A DNA stretch of 64,000 bases from positions 2,815-66,814 of the forward strand of contig NJBP01000005.1 in assembly GCA_005223085.1 (NCBI GenBank), read 5' to 3'. Position 1 is the first letter of the stretch, and each line of letters starts with the position of its first letter. The position numbers and the translations under genes were made by a program. The stretch comes from Candidatus Aerophobetes bacterium Ae_b3b. Its GTDB lineage: Bacteria; Aerophobota; Aerophobia; Aerophobales; AE-B3A. The notes beneath the pieces are model-generated. The model did not search any database, was not told the DNA's origin, and saw only the letters and a list, made by a program, of their open reading frames with translations. This document shows positions 46,154 through 55,043 of the stretch, in pieces.

Positions 46154-46756
46154 TTAACTTCTTCTTTTGGTGAGTACATTTATCAAACCTATTAGTATTC
46201 CCAGGGTGAGAAAGGCACCGGGGGGAAGAATCATAATTACCCAGGGCCGAAAAGAACCACCAAGAATCTGCAAGCCAAATATGGAACCTGAACCCAACAG
46301 TTCCCTTATAGATCCCAGAATAACCAAAGCGCCGGTAAAACCTGCTCCCATGCCAAGAGCATCAACTAAAGATGAAAGAGGGGGATTCTTGGAGGTAAAG
46401 GCCTCTTGTCTTCCTAAGATTATACAATTTACCACAATCAAGGGAAGGTAGGGACCTAATGCCTTGCTTATGGAGGGGTGGTTGGCCTTGAAAAAGTAGT
46501 CAATTATAGTGACGAAACTGGCAATAATTATGGTAAAGGTAGCAATCCTCACTTCGCGAGGAATGAATTTTCTGAATGAGGAGATGATCAGACCTGAGCA
46601 CACCAAGACAAAAATCACCGCAGTCCCCATAGAAAATCCATTTATAGCGGAGTTAGTTACTGCTAAGGTTGGACACATCCCCAGAAGCTGAACAAAGACA
46701 GGATTCTGTTTCCATAATCCCTTAGCGAATTCACCGTAAAGCTGATAAGATTTCAC
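46154..46756 (-). CDS. rnfE: RnfE/NqrD-family ion-translocating oxidoreductase membrane subunit
   Basis: 'NPVFVQLLGMCPTLAVTNS' and 'PLIVVNCIILGRQEAFTSKN'. 200 aa, GTG start. No other rnf or nqr genes are adjacent. Confidence 0.8.
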   Translation of the reverse strand: MKSYQLYGEFAKGLWKQNPVFVQLLGMCPTLAVTNSAINGFSMGTAVIFVLVCSGLIISSFRKFIPREVRIATFTIIIASFVTIIDYFFKANHPSISKALGPYLPLIVVNCIILGRQEAFTSKNPPLSSLVDALGMGAGFTGALVILGSIRELLGSGSIFGLQILGGSFRPWVIMILPPGAFLTLGILIGLINVLTKRRS

Positions 46757-46803
46757 TTATTTCTGTCTCCCTGGCTCCTTTTTTAGAAATCCTTCCCTTA
46801 AGA

Positions 46804-46831
46804 ATATTAATTTTTTCTCCCATAAAGTCAA
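46804..46831 (-). promoter_or_regulatory. sigma70-like promoter for rnfE-smpB-ssrA (TTGACT-16-TAATAT on the minus strand)
   Basis: Plus-strand AGTCAA at 46826-46831 and ATATTA at 46804-46809, about 45 nt upstream of the rnfE GTG. Confidence 0.4.
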
Positions 46832-46863
46832 GGGGTACCTCGAAGCCCGAGAAATCGAGGGGG

Positions 46864-46891
46864 TTGACAAAGCATAAATAGGCCGTATAAT
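46864..46891 (+). promoter_or_regulatory. near-consensus sigma70 promoter (TTGACA-16-TATAAT)
   Basis: TTGACA 46864-46869 and TATAAT 46886-46891. The predicted TSS falls about 7 nt downstream, at the GTG that opens the 46899 ORF. Confidence 0.5.
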
Positions 46892-46898
46892 AGTACAC

Positions 46899-47240
46899 GT
46901 GCACGAAAGCTTAGGAAAAGGATATTGTATAAATACCTTATTAATAAATCATTATCCTCCGGAGGAGTATGCTTTTACCAACCTCACCGTTGCATGTCGG
47001 GGGAACATTGAAGTGTTAGCAAGACAGCATGCCAAGAACCTGCGTATGGTAGATAGTCACCTTCTAGAGAAAGTATCGTATTCTGAAAGAAGGAAAACTC
47101 CCACTGTTAGCGGCCAACCACAAAAATATTCAGAGGACTATATTGAAATTCCTGACTCTATTAAAAGACGAGATAAAAGGAGAGTTCGGGAAAATCACGA
47201 TCACTCAGCCGGTATTAAAGAAGACCTGCTAGCTGGGTGA
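46899..47240 (+). CDS. hypothetical protein (113 aa) or untranslated RNA; unresolved
   Basis: Only long ORF in a 780-nt gap. GTG start with no SD, coincident with the predicted TSS. No recognisable motifs. Contains the palindrome CCTCCGGAGG. Confidence 0.25.
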   Translation: MHESLGKGYCINTLLINHYPPEEYAFTNLTVACRGNIEVLARQHAKNLRMVDSHLLEKVSYSERRKTPTVSGQPQKYSEDYIEIPDSIKRRDKRRVRENHDHSAGIKEDLLAG

Positions 47241-47350
47241 ATAAGTGACAGGACAAAAATTCTCTGAAAAAATTTCTGACCATTAAAGATCGAACCAAAA
47301 TCTAACTATTGAGTAATTTTGTTTGGAATTTCTCTTAAGAGAGCCAGACC

Positions 47351-47538
47351 AGCTAAAAATAGGGCCAGGAGGAGGTAAGAGATAAGAAAGTAAATAGGCC
47401 ATCAGCTGGGACAAAAGGAAAGCTTTCTAAAAAGGAGGAAAACGTTAAATAACTAAATTTCTTTTTGGAAGCCTTCACGGAAAAATGAATTATGTGGGTA
47501 AAAGAATTATCTAGAAACCAACAAAAGGAGGCAGTAGT
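47351..47538 (+). promoter_or_regulatory. conserved leader, copy X (upstream of the sugar ABC operon)
   Basis: Shares blocks AGCTAAAAATAGGGCCAG, AGCTGGGACAAAAGGAAAGCTT, CGTTAAATAACTAAATTTC and the AAAAGGAG SD context with 58353-58526. Confidence 0.6.
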
Positions 47539-48522
47539 ATGAAAACTTGGTTAAGGATGTTGGTGGTTTCAATCCTGGTAGCAGGATTGGTAATTGGTAT
47601 TGGAGGAAGTTCCCTAGCGCAGGCACGAAAGTACACGGTTTATGTGATAGTGCACGGCGGTATTGCGGATCCGTTCTGGAAGGTTTGTGAAAAAGGCGCA
47701 AAGGATGCAGCTGCCCTATATCCCGATCTAGATGTAACCTATGTTGGACCAGCAGTATATAAGTTTGAAGAGTTCATGACCTATGTAGAGTCAGCCATAG
47801 CATATAATCCTGATGCCCTGGTTGTTACCTTGACTGACCCTCCAGCTATGGATGAGTCCCTTCGCGCGGCCATTGCCGCGGGATTACCGGTAGTGGCGAT
47901 CAATGCTCCGGACCTAAGGGAGCCTGTTGAAGCGAGGATACCTGTAATAACTTATGTCGGCGAAGACAGCTATGTGATCGGGGTGACTGCAGCAAAAGAA
48001 ACGTTAGAGCGATTCACCCCCAAACGGGCAGTGTTCGCTAACCACCACCCAGGAGCCGTTAATATTGAGGCAAGAGGAAGAGGCTGGGTAGATACCATGA
48101 AGGAAAAAGGTATACCCGCAGAGCAGCTAGATATCACTGAGGACGCAGTTAAGGGAGCTGAGATAACAGCAGCCTATCTGAGGACACATCCTGACACTGA
48201 TGCCATCTTTGTTTCAAATACACTTCGCACAGAAACGATCGTACCGCGTCTAGAATCAGATGGCATTAAGGTAGGGGTTGAGGTAAAGATTGCTCAAATG
48301 GATATATCCCCGAAGATCCTCGAATACATCGGAGCTGGCAAGGTAATGTTCACAATGGACCAGCAGCAGTATCTGCAAGGTTACCTGGGGGTACTGTTCG
48401 CGTACTTGCACGTGAAATATGGGTTTACACCTCCACCAGCACCAGTCTCGACAGGACCGGGAGTCGTAACCAAAGCGGAGATTCCTGTGCTGGCAACATT
48501 ATCCGAGCAAGGGTATAGATAA
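47539..48522 (+). CDS. sugar ABC transporter substrate-binding protein (Peripla_BP/RbsB-like)
   Basis: Signal peptide, 'VYVIVHGGIADPFW', 'VVAINAPD'. Followed by an RbsC-like permease and an ATPase. Confidence 0.75.
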   Translation: MKTWLRMLVVSILVAGLVIGIGGSSLAQARKYTVYVIVHGGIADPFWKVCEKGAKDAAALYPDLDVTYVGPAVYKFEEFMTYVESAIAYNPDALVVTLTDPPAMDESLRAAIAAGLPVVAINAPDLREPVEARIPVITYVGEDSYVIGVTAAKETLERFTPKRAVFANHHPGAVNIEARGRGWVDTMKEKGIPAEQLDITEDAVKGAEITAAYLRTHPDTDAIFVSNTLRTETIVPRLESDGIKVGVEVKIAQMDISPKILEYIGAGKVMFTMDQQQYLQGYLGVLFAYLHVKYGFTPPPAPVSTGPGVVTKAEIPVLATLSEQGYR

Positions 48523-48560
48523 GGCAGCAACGTTAGGTGCGGAAGTGCTCGGTAGTTCAG

Positions 48561-48593
48561 GTTAGACGGCGTCCGTACCGGACGCCGTCTAAC
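48561..48593 (+). other. perfect 15-bp intercistronic stem-loop
   Basis: GTTAGACGGCGTCCG-TAC-CGGACGCCGTCTAAC, 38 nt after the SBP stop. No U-tract follows, so it is more likely an mRNA-stabilising or partial terminator hairpin. Confidence 0.6.
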
Positions 48594-48634
48594 ACACTGA
48601 TACCTCGGTTACATTTAATCACAGACAAGGATTG

Positions 48635-49630
48635 ATGATGGACAACGTAGATACGGGTATAGGAAGGGTAAAGGAAAATTTGTCTTTATCTCTTTCTCGG
48701 ATACGCCGGTGGCCCGAATTTGGCGTGATACTTGCTTTCTCAACCATATTTATGGTCTTCTCTCTTCTTGCCCCTAAGTTTGTTACTTTGCGTAACCTTA
48801 CCGGGGTATTCACCATAGTATCGGAGTTAGGGATCATAACCATCGGTGTGGCTTTCCTCATGATCGCCGGAGAGTTCGATCTTTCAGTAAGCAGCGTCTA
48901 CGCATTATCAGGTTTCCTCTTTGTGACACTAGCGAACAGCTTTAATTCGCTTTTAGCCCTTATCATCACCCTGGTGGCTGCTGCCTGCATTGGTTTCCTC
49001 AATGGAACGATAACTCTACGAGCCGGCATCCCTTCATTCATAACGACCTTGGGCACGATGATGTTTTTAAGGGGGATCATGCTGGCAGTAACCGGGGGAC
49101 GTTCCGTTGTCTATAATGGTGACCTCATTGTTCCAACCATGCTAACCCGATTTATAGGCCGTGGGTTTCGCCCTTCGCATATTTGGTTCCTCGCCCTGGC
49201 CCTGTTCTTCTCGCTCATACTTACCCGAACACGTTACGGGAATTGGGTATTTGCCACCGGGGGAAAGAAGGAAGTGGCAAGGGCAATGGGGGTAAATGTA
49301 AACAGGGTGAAGGTAGTAAACTTTATGATATCATCGGTGATGGCAGGACTTGCAGGTTGTATTGTCATCAATAGATTTGGGGTAGCAAACGCATCATTTG
49401 GAATGGGGATGGAGTTAGAGGCCATCGCCTCGGCCGTTATCGGGGGAACCTTCTTGATGGGAGGCTATGGCACCATCATTGGGGCATTCTTTGGGGCATT
49501 CCTCATGGGCATGATGAGGACTGGGCTGGTAATGGTTGGAGCACCCGCCTATTGGTACCAGGCATTCGTGGGAGCAATCTTAGTCATAGCAGCAACGATC
49601 AATATTAAGCTGAGGCGCCTGGAGATGTAG
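48635..49630 (+). CDS. sugar ABC transporter permease (BPD_transp_2, RbsC/AraH-like)
   Basis: About 10 TM segments, 'GEFDLSVSS', 'NRFGVANASFGMGMELEAIASAVIGG'. Start ambiguous among 48632, 48635 and 48638. Confidence 0.8.
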   Translation: MMDNVDTGIGRVKENLSLSLSRIRRWPEFGVILAFSTIFMVFSLLAPKFVTLRNLTGVFTIVSELGIITIGVAFLMIAGEFDLSVSSVYALSGFLFVTLANSFNSLLALIITLVAAACIGFLNGTITLRAGIPSFITTLGTMMFLRGIMLAVTGGRSVVYNGDLIVPTMLTRFIGRGFRPSHIWFLALALFFSLILTRTRYGNWVFATGGKKEVARAMGVNVNRVKVVNFMISSVMAGLAGCIVINRFGVANASFGMGMELEAIASAVIGGTFLMGGYGTIIGAFFGAFLMGMMRTGLVMVGAPAYWYQAFVGAILVIAATINIKLRRLEM

Positions 49631-49647
49631 AAGGAGGTTATAGGGCG

Positions 49648-50397
49648 ATGCAGCAGGATTTACCGTTAGTAAGAATGGTAAACATAAATAAGAGATTTGG
49701 CGCGGTCGAGGCATTGAACAATGTGAGTATCGAAGTCCGGCAGAAGGAGGTTTTGGGACTTCTAGGAGATAACGGGGCGGGTAAATCCACTCTGATAAAG
49801 ATCCTGGCAGGTGTGTTTCCTCCGGACGGGGGCGAGATCTATTTCAATGAAGAGCCGTTAAAATTTTCATGCCCAAAAGAGGCCAGGGCAAGGGGGATTG
49901 AGACGGTCCACCAGGAGTTATCATTAGTAGATATGATGACTATCTCGCGGAATTTCTTCCTGGGAAGGGAGCCAACCAAAGGGATAGGCTCAATCGCCCT
50001 GCTTGATAAGAAGAAGATGGACAAAGAGTGCAGGAGGGTTATAGCAGAGATTGGCATAAGGGTAAGGTCACCGAACGAATATGTATCGATCCTATCGGGA
50101 GGGGAGAGACAAGCGATATCAATAGGAAGAGCGATGTATTTTGGGGCCAAGCTCCTCATCCTGGATGAGCCTATGAACGCCCTGTCGGTGAAGGAGACAA
50201 GGATAGTGATAGGGCATATAGAAAAGGCGAGAAAGTTAGGAACTTCGATCATATTCATAACGCACAACGTATACCACGTGTATCCAGTCGCTGACAGATT
50301 CGTGATATTGGACAAAGGGCTCAAGATAGGAGAGTTTGACAAAAAAGAGGTTGAAACTAAGGATATCATAGAAATGATAGCTAGGGGCAAGGTATAA
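49648..50397 (+). CDS. ABC transporter ATP-binding protein (single NBD)
   Basis: Walker A 'GDNGAGKST', signature 'LSGGERQ', Walker B 'LLILDEP'. Confidence 0.85.
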   Translation: MQQDLPLVRMVNINKRFGAVEALNNVSIEVRQKEVLGLLGDNGAGKSTLIKILAGVFPPDGGEIYFNEEPLKFSCPKEARARGIETVHQELSLVDMMTISRNFFLGREPTKGIGSIALLDKKKMDKECRRVIAEIGIRVRSPNEYVSILSGGERQAISIGRAMYFGAKLLILDEPMNALSVKETRIVIGHIEKARKLGTSIIFITHNVYHVYPVADRFVILDKGLKIGEFDKKEVETKDIIEMIARGKV

Positions 50398-50415
50398 GAC
50401 TATGACTTCGTTAGA

Positions 50416-50434
50416 GTCCCGAGATACTTCTTGA
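50416..50434 (+). repeat. 19-nt dispersed motif (GTCCCGAGATACTTCTTGA, 1 mismatch)
   Basis: Intergenic, between two ABC operons. Inverted partner at 57310-57328. Confidence 0.85.
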
Positions 50435-50531
50435 AGAAATTTTGTCCATTAAAAGGAGGTGGTGAATGGGAGAGAGATCAAGATGAGAGGAGATGAGAGT
50501 AGTAGAGATCGTCTAAAAAAGGAGTGTTAAA

Positions 50532-51911
50532 ATGAAGAAATTAAGAGCAAAAAGCGGGATAATGGTAGTTGCCTTGGCGGTAGGTTTGCTTCTGGTGGGA
50601 GGAGCAGTCTCGTATACTCAGGAGACTGAGACTATTACCGTTACTGTCCGTTGCCGGGCGAAACCGCCCATGGAAAACTGGCGCGGTGATAACTTCCTTC
50701 TAGCGACTGAGGAGCTCAATGCTGATCTGAAGGCCGCAGGTGACCCCCGACGGGTTGAGATCGAACTTATACAGGACAACATGGACTGGGGTCCTTACCT
50801 AAGCGAGTTCGTGCTCGGCTTTGGGGCTGGTGAGGCGCCGGACATCTGGCTTACCGGACACGAGTACATCGGTGCTCAGGCCGAGGCGGGCCGGATCATT
50901 GCCCTGGACGAGATGTTGAAGGAGTTCCCCACATTCAACCTTATCATTGACGGCCTCTGGGATTCCACCACGTACAAGGGCAAGATCTGGGGGATCCCCC
51001 AGGATGCTGAGGCTCGACCCCTCTACTTCAACAAGGCTTTGTTGAAGAAGCTCGGTTGGTCCGATGCAGAGATCGCGGCCCTGCCGGGGAAGATCGAGAA
51101 GGGTGAATTCACCCTCTACGACATGCTGGAGACGGCCAAGGAGGCCGTGGCCAGGGGTATCGTCGAGCTGGGCAATGGTTTCTGGACTCGCCCCAAGAAC
51201 GGCCCCGACTTCACTGCCTTCTACTATGCCTTCGGCGGGGAGACCATCGATCCTGCGACCGGCAAGCTGGTCTTTGATACGGCGGCGGGGCTGAAGTACT
51301 ACCAGTTCTTCTACGACGCCGCGCAGACCTACGGGTCAATGGGCTGCCTTGGCTTAGGTTGGGGCGAGGCCTGGCATCCTGGGGTCTCCGGGAGTAAGGT
51401 TCTGTTCTGGATCGGCGGGACGTGGCAGTGGGCCGAGTGGGCAGAGATTTACCTCAAGGACCTCGGCGGTGAGGCCTACATGTGGGAGAACTTCGGCTTC
51501 GGATTGATCCCGGCTGCGGAGAAGGGTGACAAGCCGAACTCCCTCACGCACCCGCTGGCCTATCTTATCAGCTCCCAGTGTAAATACCCGGACCTGGCGC
51601 TGGCCCTAATTGCCAAGGTTAGTAACTATGGACCCAACACCCGTCATGCGATCGCCAGCACCCATCTGGGTATCCTCAAGGGCCAGACAGAGTACAAGTT
51701 CTACAAGGTATCCCGCCTGCTGAGCGAGACTCTCTACATGCTCGATTACACTACTTTTCTGCCCAACAACCCCTACTGGGGCCCCTATTCCACCATTACC
51801 TACGAGGCCCTGGCAGCGGCGGTGGGGGGCGAGTTCACCCCCGAGGAGGCGGTAGACTTCGTGGTAGATGGGCTCCAGCGTGAGCTGGGCGACAAGGTGA
51901 TCATTCGGTGA
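50532..51911 (+). CDS. extracellular solute-binding protein family 1 (carbohydrate ABC SBP)
   Basis: Signal or lipoprotein-like N-terminus, 459 aa, W/Y-rich. Markedly GC-rich relative to the rest of the window. Confidence 0.7.
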   Translation: MKKLRAKSGIMVVALAVGLLLVGGAVSYTQETETITVTVRCRAKPPMENWRGDNFLLATEELNADLKAAGDPRRVEIELIQDNMDWGPYLSEFVLGFGAGEAPDIWLTGHEYIGAQAEAGRIIALDEMLKEFPTFNLIIDGLWDSTTYKGKIWGIPQDAEARPLYFNKALLKKLGWSDAEIAALPGKIEKGEFTLYDMLETAKEAVARGIVELGNGFWTRPKNGPDFTAFYYAFGGETIDPATGKLVFDTAAGLKYYQFFYDAAQTYGSMGCLGLGWGEAWHPGVSGSKVLFWIGGTWQWAEWAEIYLKDLGGEAYMWENFGFGLIPAAEKGDKPNSLTHPLAYLISSQCKYPDLALALIAKVSNYGPNTRHAIASTHLGILKGQTEYKFYKVSRLLSETLYMLDYTTFLPNNPYWGPYSTITYEALAAAVGGEFTPEEAVDFVVDGLQRELGDKVIIR

Positions 51912-52915
51912 AGAAAAAGGGACAAACCGGGGAGGGGGAGCTCCCCCTCCCCATTTCTTCCAAGGCAAAAAACCGGACCTTCTCCCGGTTACAAGGACGA
52001 TTGGCACCGTACGCTTTTCTCGCCCCCGCACTTATAGTAGTAACTCTGTTTTTCTTCATTCCCCTAGTTATGGTTTTTATCTTGAGCTTTACTAACTTGG
52101 ACATGACTAACTTCGGAATCCTTGAGTGGTGGAGACCGGCAAATTGGAGTTTGGATAATTATGTAAAGATCTTCACCAACAGGTTCTTTCCCAAGATTCT
52201 GGGCAATACTCTCATCTATGTAGCCCTGACCCTGGCCTTCTTTAACGTGGGAATGGCCCTGGTTATCGCCCTGATAACCACTCACATCAACCGCCAGGCT
52301 GGCTTTGCTTTCCGAGCACTGTGGCTCCTGCCACGTATTACCCCGGTGGTTGTCTATATAATGATGTGGAAGGCCCTGTCTGGGCCCGCCCCCATGGGCA
52401 TTATAAATAACTTTCTTGGTGTTTTAGGCATCGGTAGGGGAGAATATTTGCTCAACACCCATCCGTGGGTCTTTGTCATCCTGGTCAATGGGTTCATCGG
52501 CGCCTCATTTGGCATGATTCTCTTCTCCTCAGCCATTGAAGCCATTCCCAAGGACTACACCACGGCCTCCAAAGTGGATGGGGCTACAACCTGGCAGACT
52601 ATTCGTTACGTCATTCTTCCCATGATCAAATGGCCACTCCTTTTCGTGACCACCTATCAGACTCTGTCCCTTTTGACTTCTTTCGAGCAAATCATGCTCC
52701 TTACTGATGGAGGTCCCAGACTTTACCAGACTGAAGTTTGGGCTTTGACCGCTTATCACCGGGCTCTAACCAGCTATTTCGGGAATACCCAGTGGGGTTA
52801 TGGCTCGGCCTGGGCGGTGGCGTTGGTAGTCATCGGCATAATAATGGCCATTATATACCTGCGGGTTTTCAAGTTCGGCGAGTTGGTGGAGGAACCGAAG
52901 ATAGATCGGCTATAA
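51908..52915 (+). CDS. carbohydrate ABC permease (MalF/UgpA-like, BPD_transp_1)
   Basis: 'YAFLAPALIVV' and the EAA-type loop 'IEAIPKDYTTASKVDGATTWQTIRYVILP'. GTGA overlap with the SBP gene. Confidence 0.8.
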   Translation: MKKKGQTGEGELPLPISSKAKNRTFSRLQGRLAPYAFLAPALIVVTLFFFIPLVMVFILSFTNLDMTNFGILEWWRPANWSLDNYVKIFTNRFFPKILGNTLIYVALTLAFFNVGMALVIALITTHINRQAGFAFRALWLLPRITPVVVYIMMWKALSGPAPMGIINNFLGVLGIGRGEYLLNTHPWVFVILVNGFIGASFGMILFSSAIEAIPKDYTTASKVDGATTWQTIRYVILPMIKWPLLFVTTYQTLSLLTSFEQIMLLTDGGPRLYQTEVWALTAYHRALTSYFGNTQWGYGSAWAVALVVIGIIMAIIYLRVFKFGELVEEPKIDRL

Positions 52916-52943
52916 TGATGTATACAAGCAAAGGTGCCATAAG

Positions 52944-53834
52944 ATGACCTTACGACAAAAGCTGAGGCCTGCGCTTGCTTACCTGGCTTTAATCGTGCCT
53001 AGCGCCCTCATCCTCCTCGGTTTTCTCTGGCTGTTTATCACCAGCTTCTCGACCAGGACCGAAGGGTTGAGGTCACTGGGATGGACCTGGCGCAACTGGA
53101 GTTTCCTGTGGGAGTCACCTTTCGGTCCCCACTATCCCAGTATCTGGTGGGTAACTTTAAATACATTGGTAATGTCTTTGATCATGACCCTTATCGTGGT
53201 GGCAGTTTCGTCCATGACCGCCTATGCCCTCTCGCGGATGAAATTTGCTGGACGGAAGAGTTTCCTTTCCTTGACCTTGATCCTTCACGCTTTCCCCAGT
53301 GTAACACTGCTGATCCCCATCTATTTTGTGCTCCTTTGGGTCTCGAAAATCCCGGTCATCGGGCGAGGTGTCCCGCTTCTCGGAGGTTTGGGGTATAATA
53401 CCATAGGCGGTGTAGCTTTGGTTATGGTTGCTTTCCAACTCCCATTTGGCATCTGGGTGATGAAGGGCTTTTTTGACAACATATCCTGGGATATGGAGCG
53501 TTCAGCTCTGATCGATGGTGCTTCCCGGTTTAAGGTGTGGTGGCAAATTATGATGCCTAATATCAAGCCGGGTATTGCTGCATTGTCTATCTTTTCTTTC
53601 ATCACTGCCTGGAATGCCTACTTAATCCCACTTACTTTCACCGCAGGTCGTGCTGGAAAGTCCGCGGTTTTATCTCTTTACCTACAGAATTTTATAAGTG
53701 AATCTGTAATGACCGAATGGAACGCGGTAGCAGCGGTAGGGTTATTCCAGCTCATCCCGGTGGTGATCTTTTTCCTCTTCACCCAGCAGGCACTACTCAA
53801 CATCTACGGCGGAGGGAAGAAGGGAGGAGTATAA
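52944..53834 (+). CDS. carbohydrate ABC permease (MalG/UgpE-like)
   Basis: EAA loop 'MERSALIDGASRFKVWWQIMMP'. Six TM segments. Confidence 0.8.
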   Translation: MTLRQKLRPALAYLALIVPSALILLGFLWLFITSFSTRTEGLRSLGWTWRNWSFLWESPFGPHYPSIWWVTLNTLVMSLIMTLIVVAVSSMTAYALSRMKFAGRKSFLSLTLILHAFPSVTLLIPIYFVLLWVSKIPVIGRGVPLLGGLGYNTIGGVALVMVAFQLPFGIWVMKGFFDNISWDMERSALIDGASRFKVWWQIMMPNIKPGIAALSIFSFITAWNAYLIPLTFTAGRAGKSAVLSLYLQNFISESVMTEWNAVAAVGLFQLIPVVIFFLFTQQALLNIYGGGKKGGV

Positions 53835-53869
53835 TTTAAATAGGAACGATGCATCGAGGAAAACAATAA

Positions 53870-54961
53870 ATGAAGATAGCTTTCAAACATTTGTCTAAGT
53901 ATTTTGGCAAAGTGAAGGCGGTTGACAACCTCAATCTGGAGGTGGGGGACGGGGAGTTTGTGGCCTTACTAGGGCCCTCGGGCTGCGGGAAGACCACCAT
54001 CCTTTTGATGATTGCGGGAATATATAAACCCACCAAGGGTTTAATTTATTTTGACCAGAGAGTGGTCAACAATGTCTTACCTAAGGATAGAAAAATAGGC
54101 ATGGTATTTCAGAGTTATGCCCTTTATCCTCATATGGCCGTCTTTGATAACATTGCTTATCCTCTGAAGTTAAAGAAGGTGCATAGGAAGGAAACGAAGG
54201 AAAGAGTTCAGAGGGTTGCTGATATGATGGGGATCGGAGAACTCCTGGATCGTAAGCCAGCCCAGCTCTCTGGTGGCCAGCAGCAGCGGGTGGCTCTGGC
54301 GCGAGCCCTGATTAAAGAGCCAGAGATACTTCTTCTGGATGAGCCTCTTTCTAATCTGGATGCCAGGCTGAGAATAATGATGAGATCGGAGCTCAAGAGG
54401 TTGCAAAAGGATTTGGGTATTACCACCGTTTTTGTGACCCATGATCAACTGGAGGCTCTGACCATGGCTGACAGGGTAGCGGTAGTGAATTTAGGATGCT
54501 TTCAGCAATTCAGCACCCCTGATGAGCTTTACAACCATCCCAAAAACTTATTTGTGGCCGGTTTTATCGGCAGTCCTCCCATTAATTTCATCAATGTCTC
54601 TTTAGAGAAATCCGATGGCAGGTTTCTTTTGAAAAGCAGGGATTTGGAGATACCGCTTCCTAAAGAATTAGGTTCAAAGGCAGGAAATAACTCTACCAGC
54701 TCTGAGGTAGTACTCGGTATCAGACCCGAACATATCCTAATTAATGAAAAGGAGGGTATAGATACCGAGATCTATGTGGTTGAGCCTCTGGGAAGGGAGA
54801 TCCTGGTTAGTGCAAAACTGGGGGACTCGATGATTAAAGTTCTTACCTCACCACCCTTTAAAGCTAATATGGGAGATAGAGTCAGGTTAAGTTTTAACTT
54901 AGACAAAATTATGTTGTTTGATAAGAAAACCGAAAAATCGCTGTTATTAGATAAAGATTAG
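53870..54961 (+). CDS. carbohydrate ABC ATP-binding protein (MalK/UgpC/MsmX-like)
   Basis: 'GPSGCGKTT', '[15 protein letters not shown]', '[11 protein letters not shown]', and a C-terminal TOBE-like domain. Confidence 0.9.
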   Translation: MKIAFKHLSKYFGKVKAVDNLNLEVGDGEFVALLGPSGCGKTTILLMIAGIYKPTKGLIYFDQRVVNNVLPKDRKIGMVFQSYALYPHMAVFDNIAYPLKLKKVHRKETKERVQRVADMMGIGELLDRKPAQLSGGQQQRVALARALIKEPEILLLDEPLSNLDARLRIMMRSELKRLQKDLGITTVFVTHDQLEALTMADRVAVVNLGCFQQFSTPDELYNHPKNLFVAGFIGSPPINFINVSLEKSDGRFLLKSRDLEIPLPKELGSKAGNNSTSSEVVLGIRPEHILINEKEGIDTEIYVVEPLGREILVSAKLGDSMIKVLTSPPFKANMGDRVRLSFNLDKIMLFDKKTEKSLLLDKD

Positions 54962-55043
54962 AAGTTGGCCGTGCAGATAACTAATTTTATTATCTTAGAT
55001 ATTAGCTAGCCAGTTCGGTAGAAACTGTGTGGAGTAAACAGAG

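Noticed and set aside
51064-52031. ORFs 51064-51294 (+), 51354-51551 (-) and 51606-52031 (-, 141 aa) overlapping the SBP and permease genes.
   Set aside because: These are typical stop-poor shadow frames in locally GC-rich DNA. Their products are Arg/Pro/Gly-rich low-complexity sequences and overlap well-supported genes.
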